Shown: positions 42,023-54,286 of the stretch, in pieces
Position numbering within the stretch: position 1 is the stretch's first letter
Layout of the letters: every line of letters starts with the position of its first letter
Source: Candidatus Bathyarchaeota archaeon
GTDB lineage: Archaea > Thermoproteota > Bathyarchaeia > Bathyarchaeales > Bathycorpusculaceae
Assembly: GCA_963767735.1 (NCBI GenBank)
Contig: CAVYES010000008.1
Location: forward strand, 128,001 to 192,000
Direction: 5' to 3'
DNA length: 64,000 bases
Notes under the pieces: model-generated
The model's input: the letters and a program-made list of their open reading frames with translations, nothing else
What the model was told of the DNA's origin: nothing
Databases searched by the model: none
Translations under genes and position numbers: made by a program

Positions 42023-43045
42023 TTAAGCATGCTTTAGTTTCCGCTTATAATAGGCAAGAGGATGATAAATTCGGCTGCACAAATCATCTTTGCTTCTGCA
42101 TACACCATGCGTCTGCAACACTGAGCATTGAGGACAAGTGTAATGAGTCGCTGAACCTCTTTCTCCAGCGATATGCTCGATTTGATAGCGCGTTAACCTT
42201 TCATTGTAGTCTGAAAAAGTCTTGAACAACTCATTAAGAGCTTCAGGTGACATTCCTATGTTGATAAGGAAAGAAGTTAGAGTGAACCTACCGATGTGCG
42301 AAAGATGATGACTTTTTGCGGCATCCTCATAAAGCATGTTTATACACGGCGGAAAAGCTCCTTGAACAACAGTTTTAGGCATTTCCTCAATTTCTTGTCC
42401 CATTATGTCTTGAGCTAATTTTGTTAGATTGTTAGCGATAATAGTAATGTCTTCAGGTAGGTTCTTGAGATCCGGAATATCGAGCCTTTTTTCTATTCTT
42501 CTTTTTACTTCCTCTTGAAGAAGGCGAGCTACCTTATCTTTATTTAAATAAACCATGCCCTTGTCTATAATTTGATTAATGAGCTTCCATTCATAACCAT
42601 GTAAATGGGCGGCGTTTCTTAAATAAAAGGTAAACCCTAAGCGAAAATCTTTGTAGGGTTTTCCCTCGTTAATCTCCCAATCAAAATCTTGAGCTATTGT
42701 CAGTATCTTTTCATTACTTTTCTCTTGAAGCATTTCTACATAGGCATTTTTTGCTTCAGCTAGGGCATATCTTTTCTTAATCCAAGAATTTTTTGTAGCG
42801 ATAACAAGGACAAGTGCACCTGGAAAAGAAGGAATCTCGATATTGTCTTTTTTTCTTTTGCCAGGTTCAAGCGTCAGTATTGCATTTTCTACCCTTTCTT
42901 TAGCTCTATCAAAAACTTGTGGGTTTTGCGAGCTTACTAGTTCTTCAATTGTTATCTGAGTTTCTTTAACTCGCTCAGCTGTTTTTTTTAAAAAAGGATA
43001 TTTTGAGCAATCGGTATCTTCAAACCGCACGTTTGCTCTTTGCAT
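42023..43045 (-). CDS. priL: DNA primase large subunit
   Basis: KYPFL, FPPCI, LSHIGRF, TRYQIEHI, YTCPQC...C. Confidence 0.95.
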   Translation of the reverse strand: MQRANVRFEDTDCSKYPFLKKTAERVKETQITIEELVSSQNPQVFDRAKERVENAILTLEPGKRKKDNIEIPSFPGALVLVIATKNSWIKKRYALAEAKNAYVEMLQEKSNEKILTIAQDFDWEINEGKPYKDFRLGFTFYLRNAAHLHGYEWKLINQIIDKGMVYLNKDKVARLLQEEVKRRIEKRLDIPDLKNLPEDITIIANNLTKLAQDIMGQEIEEMPKTVVQGAFPPCINMLYEDAAKSHHLSHIGRFTLTSFLINIGMSPEALNELFKTFSDYNERLTRYQIEHIAGERGSATHYTCPQCSVLQTHGVCRSKDDLCSRIYHPLAYYKRKLKHA

Positions 43046-43057
43046 TTAATTATCTCG

Positions 43058-43813
43058 TTATTCCGTTTCGATTCTTGGTGCCAAAAAGAAGGTTAGTTTT
43101 CCCTCTTTTGTTTGTTGAAAGTCTATTTTCACAGGCATGTCGGTTGAGAATTCAAGTGTCGCAATGTCTGAGGTTGCGGACGCGGCTTTAATTATTTCAG
43201 ACAGGTAGCTTAAGCTAAATGTTGCTTTGGCGTTTTCTTTCACGTCCAAATCAAGCAACGCATCGCTGCCTTTCTGCAGAGTTATGGTTGCACCCATTAA
43301 GTCTCCAGAAGCGGTCAGGGTTAGTTTTTCTGGTTCAGCTTCAATTCGAACGTGGTCACTTACTAGTTGGGCGTCTTCGATTGCTTGGCTTAAACCTTGG
43401 GTTGTTGTTTTAGCTTTTACGTTGAAGGTTATTTTTGGAGTAGGCACTTCTTCTTCCGAGGCTTCAAGGGTGGGCATCGTGAAGTTTCGGCTATACTTTC
43501 CAGTTATCGTTATCTGCAATCGTCCAGTTTTGTCATCTAGGGATAGCTCAACTGCCTCGTCTCTTCCTGCACGTTTAAGTAATTTTAGCAGTTCACTTAT
43601 GTTAATGCATATTTTCGTTGGATCTGTTGCGACGTACTCTTGAAAAATAGATTTTGGCCATTCAAAATCAATCATAGCCACCCGGGAGGGATCCATGGCG
43701 CGGAGTTTTAAGCCTTCAGGGTCAATTTTGAATGTTGCTTCATCCACTAGGATTGAGATGGCTGTAGCCATGTCTCTTAAGAGTTTAGCGTCAGATACTT
43801 TGAGCTTGAACAT
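43058..43813 (-). CDS. pcn: PCNA sliding clamp
   Basis: AMDPSRVAM, FFLAPRIE. Confidence 0.97.
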   Translation of the reverse strand: MFKLKVSDAKLLRDMATAISILVDEATFKIDPEGLKLRAMDPSRVAMIDFEWPKSIFQEYVATDPTKICINISELLKLLKRAGRDEAVELSLDDKTGRLQITITGKYSRNFTMPTLEASEEEVPTPKITFNVKAKTTTQGLSQAIEDAQLVSDHVRIEAEPEKLTLTASGDLMGATITLQKGSDALLDLDVKENAKATFSLSYLSEIIKAASATSDIATLEFSTDMPVKIDFQQTKEGKLTFFLAPRIETE

Positions 43814-44261
43814 GTTATTCTCATCCTCGCTAATGCATATTACTGTAAAGTTATATAGCTTATGATTACACTTTTAGCTAATAAATAAATTGTTTCAGCA
43901 AACCAAAAATACTCTCACAAAACAGATTATTGTAATTATTTGGTTCTTGCCTTTTCTTTTTCCATCCTTTTTTTAAATCCAAAAAGCACATTTTAACATA
44001 GAAAAAGCATTGTTTAATGTTGAAAGTGCGGGACGTTGGCTCTATATTGCAGTATGTTGAATCATATTTGGCGTCTAATAGGCCTCATCTAGTAGACCGG
44101 AGGGTAGACTGTAGCGCACACAAACGCTATAGGCAAAAAAAGACAGGGCTAAATAATATTGAGTTATTTGGAGATTGGATAGTTAAGAATAAATCACGTT
44201 AGATGAATAAGATATTGCTTAACAATACGGTTCCTATAGGAATTAAATAGAAAAAATGTTC

Positions 44262-44618
44262 TTAGCTGTATTCTCTGAACGTGTAATTGCATTTTGTGCA
44301 GCGGAGAAACTGGGTTGAAGATTCATCTGCGCCCCTCGTCTGGACCTGCCAAACATAAGCTGTGTTGTTCCCGCATCTTGTGCACTCAATGTGTACAGTT
44401 GGCAATGTATTTAATTTTTGCTCTTCTTTACCAATAACGGCTACAAACTGTTGGGGGGTATGCTGAATAACTTTAGATGCTAATTTTGGCTCGACTTTTT
44501 CGCCAGCCTCAGGCTTCTTATACCCACATTTTGGGCACGCAAGAACTAAAGAAGCGTCTTTACCAGCCTTTGATTTCTTTGGCTCAAGACGCGAACCACA
44601 TTTAGGGCAAAATTCCAT
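44262..44618 (-). CDS. tfs: Transcription factor S
   Basis: FCPKCG; QTRGADE acidic hairpin; CTKC. Confidence 0.95.
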   Translation of the reverse strand: MEFCPKCGSRLEPKKSKAGKDASLVLACPKCGYKKPEAGEKVEPKLASKVIQHTPQQFVAVIGKEEQKLNTLPTVHIECTRCGNNTAYVWQVQTRGADESSTQFLRCTKCNYTFREYS

Positions 44619-44690
44619 AGTCGTTATCCCTACCCGTTTGCGAATCCCTTAGCACTGTAACATTTAAACCTTTTCCAAATCTGTGCCAAA

Positions 44691-45269
44691 TCAAGGAGTG
44701 ATGCCAGAGGCAATAAGATGTGCAACGCGCAAAGGCTCAGGAAAACTGCTTCTTGTAGAAGTCAATTCAACAATCTTTCGGGCATCAACCAATGAAATTC
44801 CAGATAGCTCCATGTAAATCTGCTTACCGTGGCAACAGACTTCATGGATCGTTCCTGCCTCAAGAATCATGTTCCAACGCTCTTCAGTTTTTGGCAAATT
44901 ATTAACCGCGTTGCGAATGGCTTCTAAATCAGGTTTATCACGCGTTAAGGCAATAACAGGAAGCTTTGTTGCCAAATTTAGCCTTTTGATATCCACCACG
45001 TTAAAACCAGCAAACGTTATCCCGTTTAACATTACTAAACGCAACTGTTTACAATGAGGCGAACTATTAATCATGGAAGCTATCTGTTCAGTGGCATCAA
45101 AGCCATCAAGTTCAACTCGAGTATGCATCACTCCCTCAAGCCAGCATCCTCCTCTAAACACAACGCCAACAACAATCACAGCTCCTTTAGTATGTGGAAC
45201 AAATTTTCCATCGTCCACACCAAGCACGCGGATTTCAGATTTTATGACTCGAAAGTCTTTAACTTCCAA
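44691..45269 (-). CDS. DUF99 family protein (RNase H-like, EndoV-related)
   Basis: LGVDDG, DGFDAT, GITFAGFNVVD, PEPLRVAHLIA. Confidence 0.9.
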   Translation of the reverse strand: MEVKDFRVIKSEIRVLGVDDGKFVPHTKGAVIVVGVVFRGGCWLEGVMHTRVELDGFDATEQIASMINSSPHCKQLRLVMLNGITFAGFNVVDIKRLNLATKLPVIALTRDKPDLEAIRNAVNNLPKTEERWNMILEAGTIHEVCCHGKQIYMELSGISLVDARKIVELTSTRSSFPEPLRVAHLIASGITP

Positions 45270-45394
45270 ACCTTTCCCCTGAAGCTATAAGGATATTTTC
45301 AGCTTTTAAATAAAACTCAGCAAACAGCTTCTTGACTTTTATGAAGGGATATTAAAACCAAGAACTAAGGCTAAAAGTTAGAACAAAAAAAGAG

Positions 45395-45692
45395 TTAAGC
45401 TTTTAGAACGTAAGCTTTTAGAACGTGATCTAACTCTTTGCTGAAAGCGTCATTTGTTTCTCGAACTTTCTCAACAGCCTTAATCAACGCGTCTTCGGGT
45501 TTAGCGGTCCCCTTCATTATAATGTAAATAACGGGGTTCGATGCCAAAGGATGTGGAACATCGTAACCTGCAAAATCTACTGTTTTATCTTCTAAAAGCC
45601 TCTTTTGTAGCAAGTTGCATAGGCCGTGAGTGCCGCCTTCAATTTCAATTTTAAGCTCGTTACCCTGATTTTTTTAGCACATTAATTTTCAC
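45395..45692 (-). CDS. rpoL: RNA polymerase subunit L (Rpo11), frameshift in A-run near 45670
   Basis: ELKIEIEGGTHGLCNLLQKRL...FAGYDVPHPL. Confidence 0.92.
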
Positions 45693-45713
45693 TTGTCATT
45701 TCCTCTTTTTTTG

Positions 45714-46295
45714 CTAAATCGGTTCTTTTCCATAATCTGGCGCGATTTTACGATTTTCTGTATTGCCGCATTTTGGACAATGCAGTTCATACCGTTGAGG
45801 TTCCAGCAAAGTGCCGCATCGAGAACAGAAAGCATACACTATGCCTAAGTTCTTGTCGTTGGTTGATAGATGGAAGATGCGGTTTTTTCCACTGATTACT
45901 TTAGCTCTGACAATGTCACCAGGCTTGCATACATCATTCATTGAATCGATATACCTGTCTGAAACATCGGAAATGTGCAAGATGCCGCCAAATTCGCCTG
46001 AGAGCCTTTTGTTTTCTATTTTAAAGATTTTTACCAAAACATTATCAGATTGGGCATTACCAATTTGCCCCACAACCGTGCTTGAAACTTTCGGGACGAG
46101 TTCACCGTTGACTAGTGGGTAAACAGAAACACGTTTGTTTAGCAAGTCAAGCAATGCACGACCAACAATTTTGGAGTAGATAACGCCGTCTTTAACGTAT
46201 GTTCCGGAGTCTGGAATAAACTCTTCAATAACACCTAAGCGTTCTCCAGGCACCACTAAATGACCGCTTTTTTGTTCAGGTGATTTTAGACTCAT
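45714..46295 (-). CDS. csl4: Exosome RNA-binding protein Csl4
   Basis: VVPGERLG, S1 domain GDIVRAKVI, Zn ribbon CSRC...CPKC. Confidence 0.95.
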   Translation of the reverse strand: MSLKSPEQKSGHLVVPGERLGVIEEFIPDSGTYVKDGVIYSKIVGRALLDLLNKRVSVYPLVNGELVPKVSSTVVGQIGNAQSDNVLVKIFKIENKRLSGEFGGILHISDVSDRYIDSMNDVCKPGDIVRAKVISGKNRIFHLSTNDKNLGIVYAFCSRCGTLLEPQRYELHCPKCGNTENRKIAPDYGKEPI

Positions 46296-46428
46296 GATAG
46301 TTTCCCTTTTATGTTAAATAAGCTAAACATTAGCTGATTGATAAATGCATATGCTTAGTTTCCAGTCGCATCAATAAACCTTTTGATTAATAAACAAAAT
46401 TAATTCCAGCCCCAAAGGGCCTAAAAAT

Positions 46429-47133
46429 TTATTCAACGCTTACCTTTTTGATAACATATAAGTCAACGACAAATTCATGCTTAATTTTTGTGTGAAAATC
46501 AAACATTCTGGGAATAGTCATGAGCATAGCATAAACTGCTTTAACAACGCCATTATGTTGCGCCACTAACCTTTCTAAAAAGGGAGAAGGCGAAACCTGC
46601 AAAAACCCATTGCTTGCTTTAAGCTGCTTGATTAATTGCTTATCGGTTTCTGGATGGTTATGAAGAGAGTAAACGCAATTCCCAACTTCCAACGCCTTTA
46701 CTAAAAACGCTCTGTCAGCCTCCCGTGTTTGCACTCCAAAAGGCGGATTCTGCAAAACAGTATCAAACCTGCCCGTGATAGCGTTGATGTCGCCAATAAT
46801 CCACTGAACGTTACCAGCTAAACCAACTTTCAAAGAGTTTTCAACGGCAGTTTTAATGGCTAACCTATCAACGTCAACTCCCACAACGTTGTCGGCGCCA
46901 AGGTAAGAGGCGCCTAAAGCGAGCCTGCCTGTTCCGCAGCCTAAATCCAGCACTGTTTTGCCAATAATGTCGTTGTTCGCATAGGTAGCGATGTACAGCA
47001 TGGTTGATGCAATCGATGGGGAAATAGTGTACTGTTCAAGTTGCGCCTGAGGAGAAGGCTGAAGAGCAATTTTTGAGAGAAACAGCTCTAAATCTAATTT
47101 TCGAATAATCCTTTTTTGAGCATGTTCTCCCAT
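46429..47133 (-). CDS. METTL5-like RNA methyltransferase
   Basis: LEQY, DLGCGTG, QNPPFG. Confidence 0.9.
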   Translation of the reverse strand: MGEHAQKRIIRKLDLELFLSKIALQPSPQAQLEQYTISPSIASTMLYIATYANNDIIGKTVLDLGCGTGRLALGASYLGADNVVGVDVDRLAIKTAVENSLKVGLAGNVQWIIGDINAITGRFDTVLQNPPFGVQTREADRAFLVKALEVGNCVYSLHNHPETDKQLIKQLKASNGFLQVSPSPFLERLVAQHNGVVKAVYAMLMTIPRMFDFHTKIKHEFVVDLYVIKKVSVE

Positions 47134-48096
47134 GAAGATTCGCCAGAAGCCACCATGAACTCGTTAATAGTTAACACAGGCTTTGAAAACTTTTCCGAAG
47201 CATCAAGAGAAATGCGGGGGCATGCCGTGTTGACATATGCATCGATAGATGGAAACTCCAGGAGTGTTTCAGGAGTAATTTCCCTAGACAGCTAACAGAT
47301 AAGCTGCTTTCCCATGTTTCTCGGCTAACGCCTTGACGCTTAAGGCTTGGTCAAACCGTTTTTGTCCCGGTTTCAAACCGACAAGAACTCCGAAAGCTTT
47401 AGCGTCTTGCGCTTCTTCAATGCATGCCCAACGTTTCTTGAGTATTTTTTGGGCTTCATCATTAATTGCGAAAGCCCTGTTATCGTAGGGGTCAGCTATG
47501 AAGGTTGGTTTAGAAGTGCTTAAAGCAATGCCTAAAGCATGGAACATTCCGCCGCCAACAAAAAGGAAAGCGTCTACCTCCTCGGCGATTGATTTTACGT
47601 TGCTGTAATTGCAGCCGCTGACTTGCCCAGCATAACTCATTTGTCCACTGTCGCCGATTATTACTGTTTTTCCAGCCCTGATTAAAATTTCTCTTGCCTG
47701 ATTTAGCGCTTGCAAATGCTGCACTGAAGTGGCTAAACCAATCTTACTGTACTTGCTCAAGAGCGGTAAAGATTTTTTGACAGCTTCCTCAACCGTTACT
47801 GTTGCTCTTGCTTCAACATAGATTGTTGGAATCTGCTCATGCTTTACAAGTTTTGAGTGCCCAAAATGCACTATCAAATCTACGCCTAAACTTTCTGCTT
47901 CATTAACCGCTATGTCGCAGGCACCGTAGCATGGGTCAGCGGAAATTATTGGAAGCGCACCGCTCTTTTCAACAATTTTGGCTAAGCGTGGACCTTCAGG
48001 TTTTAATCCTTCTGGCAGTTGCAGTAGAACACGTTTGGCGCCAAGTTTGGTTATCTCTTGCTTTATTCTTTCTTCTTCAAAATCAAACCCTTTCAT
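47094..48096 (-). CDS. dph2: Diphthamide biosynthesis enzyme Dph2 (frameshift near 47285)
   Basis: QLPEGLK, CYGACD, HFGH, GQVSGC; distal frame VNTACPRI. Confidence 0.93.
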
Positions 48097-48178
48097 ACTT
48101 TACCTCGACCACTAATGGAAAAAAATAAATTAAAGAAAAGAAAAAAGAGGCTAAACTGTTGCATAATGATTCTTAGTG

Positions 48179-50615
48179 CTATTGTGGCCATTCCCAGTCT
48201 TGAGTTGGTTTTTTAAGTGGTTGCCCACGAGCTAAAGCAGCTTGTTCAGCTAGGCGTTCAAGAATTATTTTTTGTTCTATGCTGGCAACATTTTTTCTTG
48301 TAGTTACTACAGCGTCGTTGTTTACGGATATGCTGTCGATTCCAACGCGAACGAGGAATTCAGCGAAGTCTGGAAGGTTTGATGGTCCTTCACCGCAGAT
48401 TGAGACGGTGCATCCGTTTTCATGTGCGGCTTTGATGAGGTGTGCAATGATTCTTTTTACTGCTGGATCTCTTTCGTCGAAGTAGCCCATTTGACCTAAG
48501 CGTTCAGAGTCGCGGTCAATCATTAGTACGCCTTGGGTCATGTCGTTTGAGCCTATTGAGAAGCCGTCGACAAGCTTAGAGAATTCGTCAGCCATTATTC
48601 CTATAGATGGGGTTTCAGCCATAAACCAAACTTTGAAGTCGCGAGAGCGCTCTAAGCCTTCTTCCTTCATAATTTCAAGAGCTTTTTTGGCTTCCCAAAG
48701 AGTGCGAACCATTGGAAGCATGACATAGACGTTTTTGAGGCCCCATTCTGTGCGGCATTTTTTGATGGCTTGGCATTCAAGTCGGAAGGCTTGGATATAC
48801 CATTTGCTTATGTAGCGGCTGCAGCCTCTCCAACCCAACATTGGGTTTTCTTCAATGATTTCGTATTTTTCTCCGCCTTTCAAGCCTCGGTATTCGTTAG
48901 TTTTGAAGTCGCTTAAACGTACTACAACTGGTTCGGGCTGAATTGCTCGAGCAACGGTTGCTATGCCGTCGGCAAGTTTGTCAACGAATTTTTGGCTTTC
49001 ACCTGTTTCGACAAACACCATTGGGTGCTGTCCTATGGCGCTGGCTAAGATGAATTCGATTCGCATTAAGCCGATGCCTTCAAACGGCAGATTTTTGTAA
49101 TGTTCAATCATCTCTGGAGTACCCAAATTCATATAGATTTTTGTGCCTGTTACTGGAGCGTCAATCTGCTGCTTGCATAACCATAGCTGGTCCGTTTGAT
49201 GTACTGCTGGTTGAACGGCTTGGGCCATTATGCCTTCGTAAATTACGCCGTTTCTTGAATCAACAGTGTATTCTTTGCCTGTTTTCATTACTTGAGTAGC
49301 TGTTTCTGTTCCTACGACACAGGGAATGTTAAGTTCTCGGCTTACAATTGCTGCGTGAGATGTGATTCCGCCTTTGTCGGTGACTATGGCACTTGCCATT
49401 TTCATGAATGGCACAAAGTCAGGGTCAGTCATACCTGTTACGAGAATATCTCCTTTTTTCATGTCTCTGTGTGCATCGTCAGGGTTTAGGACAACTGTGG
49501 CTTTTCCTATGCCGTAACCTCTTCTTCCAGCCGAAATGCCTCTCACTACTACTTTTAATGTTTCTTCAGCTTTATTTTCTTCAGTTCTTAATGGTGTTTC
49601 CATGTTTTTTGTGCTCCAAACTGTTTCTGGCCGAGCTTGAACTATGAACATGTTTTCTGGGAAAGATAGGTCTTGGTCAATTGCCCATTCAATATCCATG
49701 GGTTTGCCATAATGCTTTTCAATTCGTTTGGCAAGTTCTGCAAGCGTAAAAATTTCTTGATCACTTATGCAGGTTACTTTCTGCTTATCCGTCTGGCACG
49801 TCCAAGTGCACTGTTTTGCCTGTTTTTGGGTCGCGAAGATACATTATTGTTTTACGCGAAATTCTTCTTTCCTTAATCTTAACTGTGTTCTTGTCAACGA
49901 CAAAATCATCAGGGTTAACAGCGCCTGAAACGACAGTTTCTCCTAAGCCGTAGTTGCCTTCGATCACAATTTCATCCGAGTTACCTGTCACAGGGTTAAT
50001 GGTAAACATGACTCCAGCACATCCGGAGTTCACCATTTTTTGGACCCCGACGCTTATGAAGACTTTGTCATGTGCAAAGCCTTTTTCGGTTCGATAAAAG
50101 ATTGCACGTGGCGTAAATAGGCTTGACCAGCATTTTCTTACTTTATCAATGAGGTCATCCGCGCCTTTAACGTTTAAGAAAGTTTCTTGTTGACCTGCAA
50201 AGGACGCGTCAGGTAAATCTTCGGCTGTTGCGCTTGACCGTACAGCAACAAAAATGTCCTTTAACTCAAGCCGTTGGTTTAGTTCTTTGTAAGCTGTTCT
50301 TATGGCGGTTTCAATTTCTTTAGGCATCGGAGTTTTTTCGATAAGTTCACGTATTTTCTTAGACGCTGTATCATACTGTTTAGGGTCATTTGGGTTTGTG
50401 ACTGTTTCCTTAATTATTTTATAGATTTGCTCAGCTATTCGTTTTTCTTGAAGATATTTTTCATAAGAATAAGCAGTTACCGCAAAACCTGGTGGAACAG
50501 GTAATCCGGCATTAATCATTTCGCCTAGGCTGGCGTTTTTGCCGCCAACAACAGGAATATCTTCTTTTCTTACATCATCAAACCATAAAACCAGTTCTTT
50601 CTCTTTAACTCTCAA
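48179..50615 (-). CDS. ppsA: Phosphoenolpyruvate synthase (frameshift near 49790)
   Basis: [44 protein letters not shown]. Confidence 0.95.
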
Positions 50616-51153
50616 GTGTCTCCGTCTCCGGTTCGGACTTCTCAGCTACATCTAGAGAAGGTGGAATCTTGGAGATAACTATTTTGCAGGGTATTGGAAG
50701 TTTTGCGCTTCCTCTTTTGAGCGATTCTTTGGCTGTTTCAGCAGCTCCTGCTTTAACTTTGACCGTTATGATGGTTTGTCCTACCTCTACTTTTGCTGCA
50801 GTGCCGATCGCTGTTCCGAAGGAACGTCTCATTCCCTGTTGAAGTCGGTCAGCGTGAGCGCCGAAAATCATTTTGTTTTCTCTTAGGATAATGTGAGGGT
50901 ATGGATGAACAACCATAAGATAATCATTTATGAGTTTATCAATTAAGACACGGTTTGTAGCTACACGTACTGCTTCTAAGGCACTGTGACGTATTTGAGC
51001 CCGTTCTAAAGCTATAATTTTGCCTTCGACCTCAAAGGTACCTTTAGTATCACCCATAGTGAACTTTACTATTTTTGGTGGTGGAAAACCTCTAGCATAT
51101 TCTTTTCTTGTGTAGGCTCGATTTTTCACGTGCCTGTAATTTCTTGCGTGCAT
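50605..51153 (-). CDS. rpl10e: 50S ribosomal protein L10e (uL16)
   Basis: YTRKEY, HIILRENK, GAHADRLQQGMR. Confidence 0.96.
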   Translation of the reverse strand: MHARNYRHVKNRAYTRKEYARGFPPPKIVKFTMGDTKGTFEVEGKIIALERAQIRHSALEAVRVATNRVLIDKLINDYLMVVHPYPHIILRENKMIFGAHADRLQQGMRRSFGTAIGTAAKVEVGQTIITVKVKAGAAETAKESLKRGSAKLPIPCKIVISKIPPSLDVAEKSEPETETLES

Positions 51154-51320
51154 ACAAACGTCCCTTTTTAGCATACTCATTTAGCGGTATTTAAACGATT
51201 TGTAACTTCACGGTGAAGCTTCGCGTGAATTTTTCAATTTCTAATTGTCTACTTTAAACATTTGTTCAGTTAAACGGCGGCGTTATTTCTTATATACTTA
51301 GTTTAACTTTTCTTTTCCAG

Positions 51321-52622
51321 ATGCCAACAGAGTTGTTTATTTCAGGGAAAAACTGGAAGCTTTCATTAGCGGAGCTAACTTCTTACTTGAAAGCATAGAG
51401 AAATCAAATTTGAAGTGCAATTTTTTTCGAAAGAATTCTTTGCGGTTAACATTGAAGAAGAGCTTTGGCGCTTCTGTTATTGAGGATTTAGGCGGAACAA
51501 TAAAAATTGGCGAAGTAAAAGCAAAGTTTCCAACCCAAATTGTTAAGGAAGCATTTCTTGAAAGAAACAAGCAAGCCCAGTCACAAATAACTGAATCGTT
51601 AGCATCAAGCGGTTTAGTTGATGATATGGATAAGTCGGCTGAGAAAGTGCTTTTTGGAGTAAGCGTTTATTGTGCTGAGAAAACACTGCGTCCATTATCA
51701 GGGGTTATTCAGCGGTTTGTCGGAAGCGCTGTAAAGGATGAGTTGGCAGGTTATGGCAAGAAATCAAAGTTTATGGGTTTTTCTAAAGATAGAAGGCTCG
51801 CTCAGCTAAGCCATGTTGAAGTTTTAAAGAAGAATTTAGTTGAAAACAAAGCGGAAGTGTTGTTATGTATCGGCAAAGGAAGAAACATGGGTTGCCACAA
51901 CAGTTGCTGTGCATAACCCGTTTGAATTTCAAAAAAGAGACATTTACAAGCCTAATCAACGCAAAATTTTTGCTATACCTCCAAGGTTAGCTAGGATAAT
52001 GGTTAATTTATCCGCTTGTACGCCTGGAAAGGTTTTGCTTGACCCATTCTGCGGTGTTGGCACAATTCTTCAAGAAGCACTCCTTGAGAAAGCAAAGGTT
52101 GTTGGCGTAGATGTTAATCCTTGGTGTGTTAAAGCAGCAAATGAAAATCTTGAATGGATCAAAAGAGAGTATAGCCTTGAAGATGCGGAGTTTAGGGTTG
52201 TGCAAGGAGACGTGGGCAGGTTGGCAGAGAAAGTTGGGCAAGAAACAGTTGATTGCATCGTGACTGAGCCTGATTTGGGTCCAGCATTACGACAAGTGCC
52301 AACGGGACCATATGCATTAAAGATTATCCAGAAGCTTGAGCCCTTGTATTTCACTTTTGTTGAAGAAGCATATAGAGTGCTGCAAAAGGGTGGACGATTG
52401 GTTCTTGTGACACCTTACATCATAACGCGTTCAGGGCAATCAGTAACTATGCCTATTGGTGAGAAACTTGAGAATTTAGGCTTTAAGAGAATTCAGCCTT
52501 TCTCAGAAGACATGTTTTCAGAAGATGCAAAAGGTCTTGAAGAATTAATCAATGCTTCCTCTTTGGTTGAAGTTGATGAGCGACACAAAATTTGCAGAGA
52601 AATTCACATTTACCAAAAATAA
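51321..52622 (+). CDS. Trm11/TrmG10-like tRNA methyltransferase (frameshifts near 51400 and 51870)
   Basis: LGGTIKIG; IPPRLARIMVNL, LDPFCGVGT, IVTEPDLG. Confidence 0.8.
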
Positions 52623-52691
52623 GCCGTTTGTTTTCAGATATGATTTATTAATTTGTTATTAACGAACTAAACGGGTTGAGGCATGAGACTG

Positions 52692-53178
52692 TTGGATAAA
52701 TAATTCAAGGCCTGATTGGGATAGATACTTCTTAGATTTATGTGAAGCAGTGGCTAGGCGCGCTACCTGTGACCGTGGAAGAAGCGGCTGTGTAATTGTT
52801 AAAGACAAACGAATTATGACCACTGGGTATGTTGGTGCTCCTGCTGGTTTGCCACACTGCGACGAAGTTGGGCATGACATCCGCAAAGTATTTGACAACA
52901 ACGGCAACGTAACCCAACATTGCGTGCGCACTCTTCATGCAGAACAAAACGCCATTATTCAAGCAGCTAGGTTTGGAATACCACTTGAAGGAGCAACACT
53001 TTTCTGCAAAATGACTCCGTGCCGAACTTGCGCCATGATGATAATTAACGCTGGCATAAAACGAGTAGTTTGCGAAAAGCGCTATCATGCTGACGCTGAC
53101 ACTATAGAGATGTTCAAGCAAGCATGTATTGAATTAGCCATAATGAATGATGAAGTCGAAAAATACGACAAGCAATGA
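52692..53178 (+). CDS. dCMP deaminase family protein (start uncertain)
   Basis: RPDWDRYF upstream in frame, RATC, HAEQNA, PCRTC. Confidence 0.92.
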
Positions 53179-53260
53179 ACCGCTGCAATTTGGTTTAAGT
53201 TTTATTTAGAAGAAAATAAATGAGAGTCAGCTCCCTTCCTCTGGCGCCTAATTTTAGTTT

Positions 53261-53590
53261 TTATTTTATTTTCGGAACAACTACCCATTTAACGTTATCA
53301 AACCCATACTTTGTAATTAATGGATCGAGGAAGTCCGGGGCTAAGTCATCATCTATCTCTGAAAAAACCACGGTGTCGCCTATCCTGTAAACGTCACATA
53401 TTTCTGAAAGGTCTTTTAGGGCAGCGTATTTGCCTTTGATTTCCCAGTAGCCAGGCTCATCTTGCCCAACTTCCATAATCCAAGAGTACTGATCCTCAGG
53501 ATGCTTGCCTTGTGTAAAGTTGAAACTGCAAACAACATCTCCAACAATCTTTGGATCATCGTTTGTTTTAACATAAACCCAAAGAGTCAT
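53261..53590 (-). CDS. Hypothetical protein
   Basis: 109-aa ORF with plausible composition; no family recognised. Confidence 0.6.
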   Translation of the reverse strand: MTLWVYVKTNDDPKIVGDVVCSFNFTQGKHPEDQYSWIMEVGQDEPGYWEIKGKYAALKDLSEICDVYRIGDTVVFSEIDDDLAPDFLDPLITKYGFDNVKWVVVPKIK

Positions 53591-53670
53591 TTTTCAATCA
53601 CTGACAATAACCAATGCATTATACCTTTATTTGCTTTTCAGCGCAATCAGATAGCACTTGCTTAGTCAGG

Positions 53671-54286
53671 CTATGTTTTAGCTTCTATAAGCGTTAAAGT
53701 TTCAAAGAAAGGCAGCTTACGTTCGGCTTTGATGCTTGCTTTAAGATTGTTCTCGGCAAATTTGCTAATCGTTTCTTCAACATTTGCAAGTGTAGACTGC
53801 ATTAAGAGGATTCGACCGTCGAGTTTCAAGTGCTGTGGTGCTGTGGCGATGAAGCGGTCGATAACTTGCCGTCCATTAATGCCTCCTGCCCATGAGCGGC
53901 CAATCCAAGATTCCGTTTCACACTCAGCGGCGGGAAGATACGGTGCATTAAAGAGGATTAAATCAAATATTGCGCTTTCGTTAAAAGCGGTCAATAGGTC
54001 AGTTTGGATGAAAGCCATTTTACAACTGCAGATTATTAAGCGCCGCATTCTCCCTTGCGCAGCAAACAGCATACGGATTTAAGTCAACCGCAACCACGTT
54101 GTCTGCTTTTTCCGCTGCCAATATGCCAAGCAACCCGCAGCCAGTTCCAATATCCAATACCTGTGCGCCTTTTTCTACGGCGAGGTTTTCGGCGAAAAGA
54201 AATGAATCCTCTGCAGGCTCGTAAACATTCTCCCAAACATTAAAAACGTATTTGCCAAAATGTACTCTTTTAACTGGAGATGGCAT
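53671..54286 (-). CDS. HemK2/PrmC-like methyltransferase (frameshift near 54030)
   Basis: VYEPAEDSFL, DIGTGCG; FNAPYLP...WAGGINGR. Confidence 0.9.

Noticed and set aside
44023-44045. aaagtgcgggacgttgg resembling att-like sites, and ORF 44017-44202
   Set aside because: Match is about 10 nt with no arm palindrome; the ORF has no recognisable features.
9552-54286. Frameshifts in guaA, NDP-sugar synthase, glmM, Gfo/Idh/MocA, trm5, GINS23, wecB, rps27e, rpoL, dph2, ppsA, trm11 and hemK2 read as pseudogenes or programmed frameshifting
   Set aside because: They hit essential genes, are 1-nt indels without a shared slippery motif, and flanking sequence is undegraded; sequencing/consensus error is most parsimonious.
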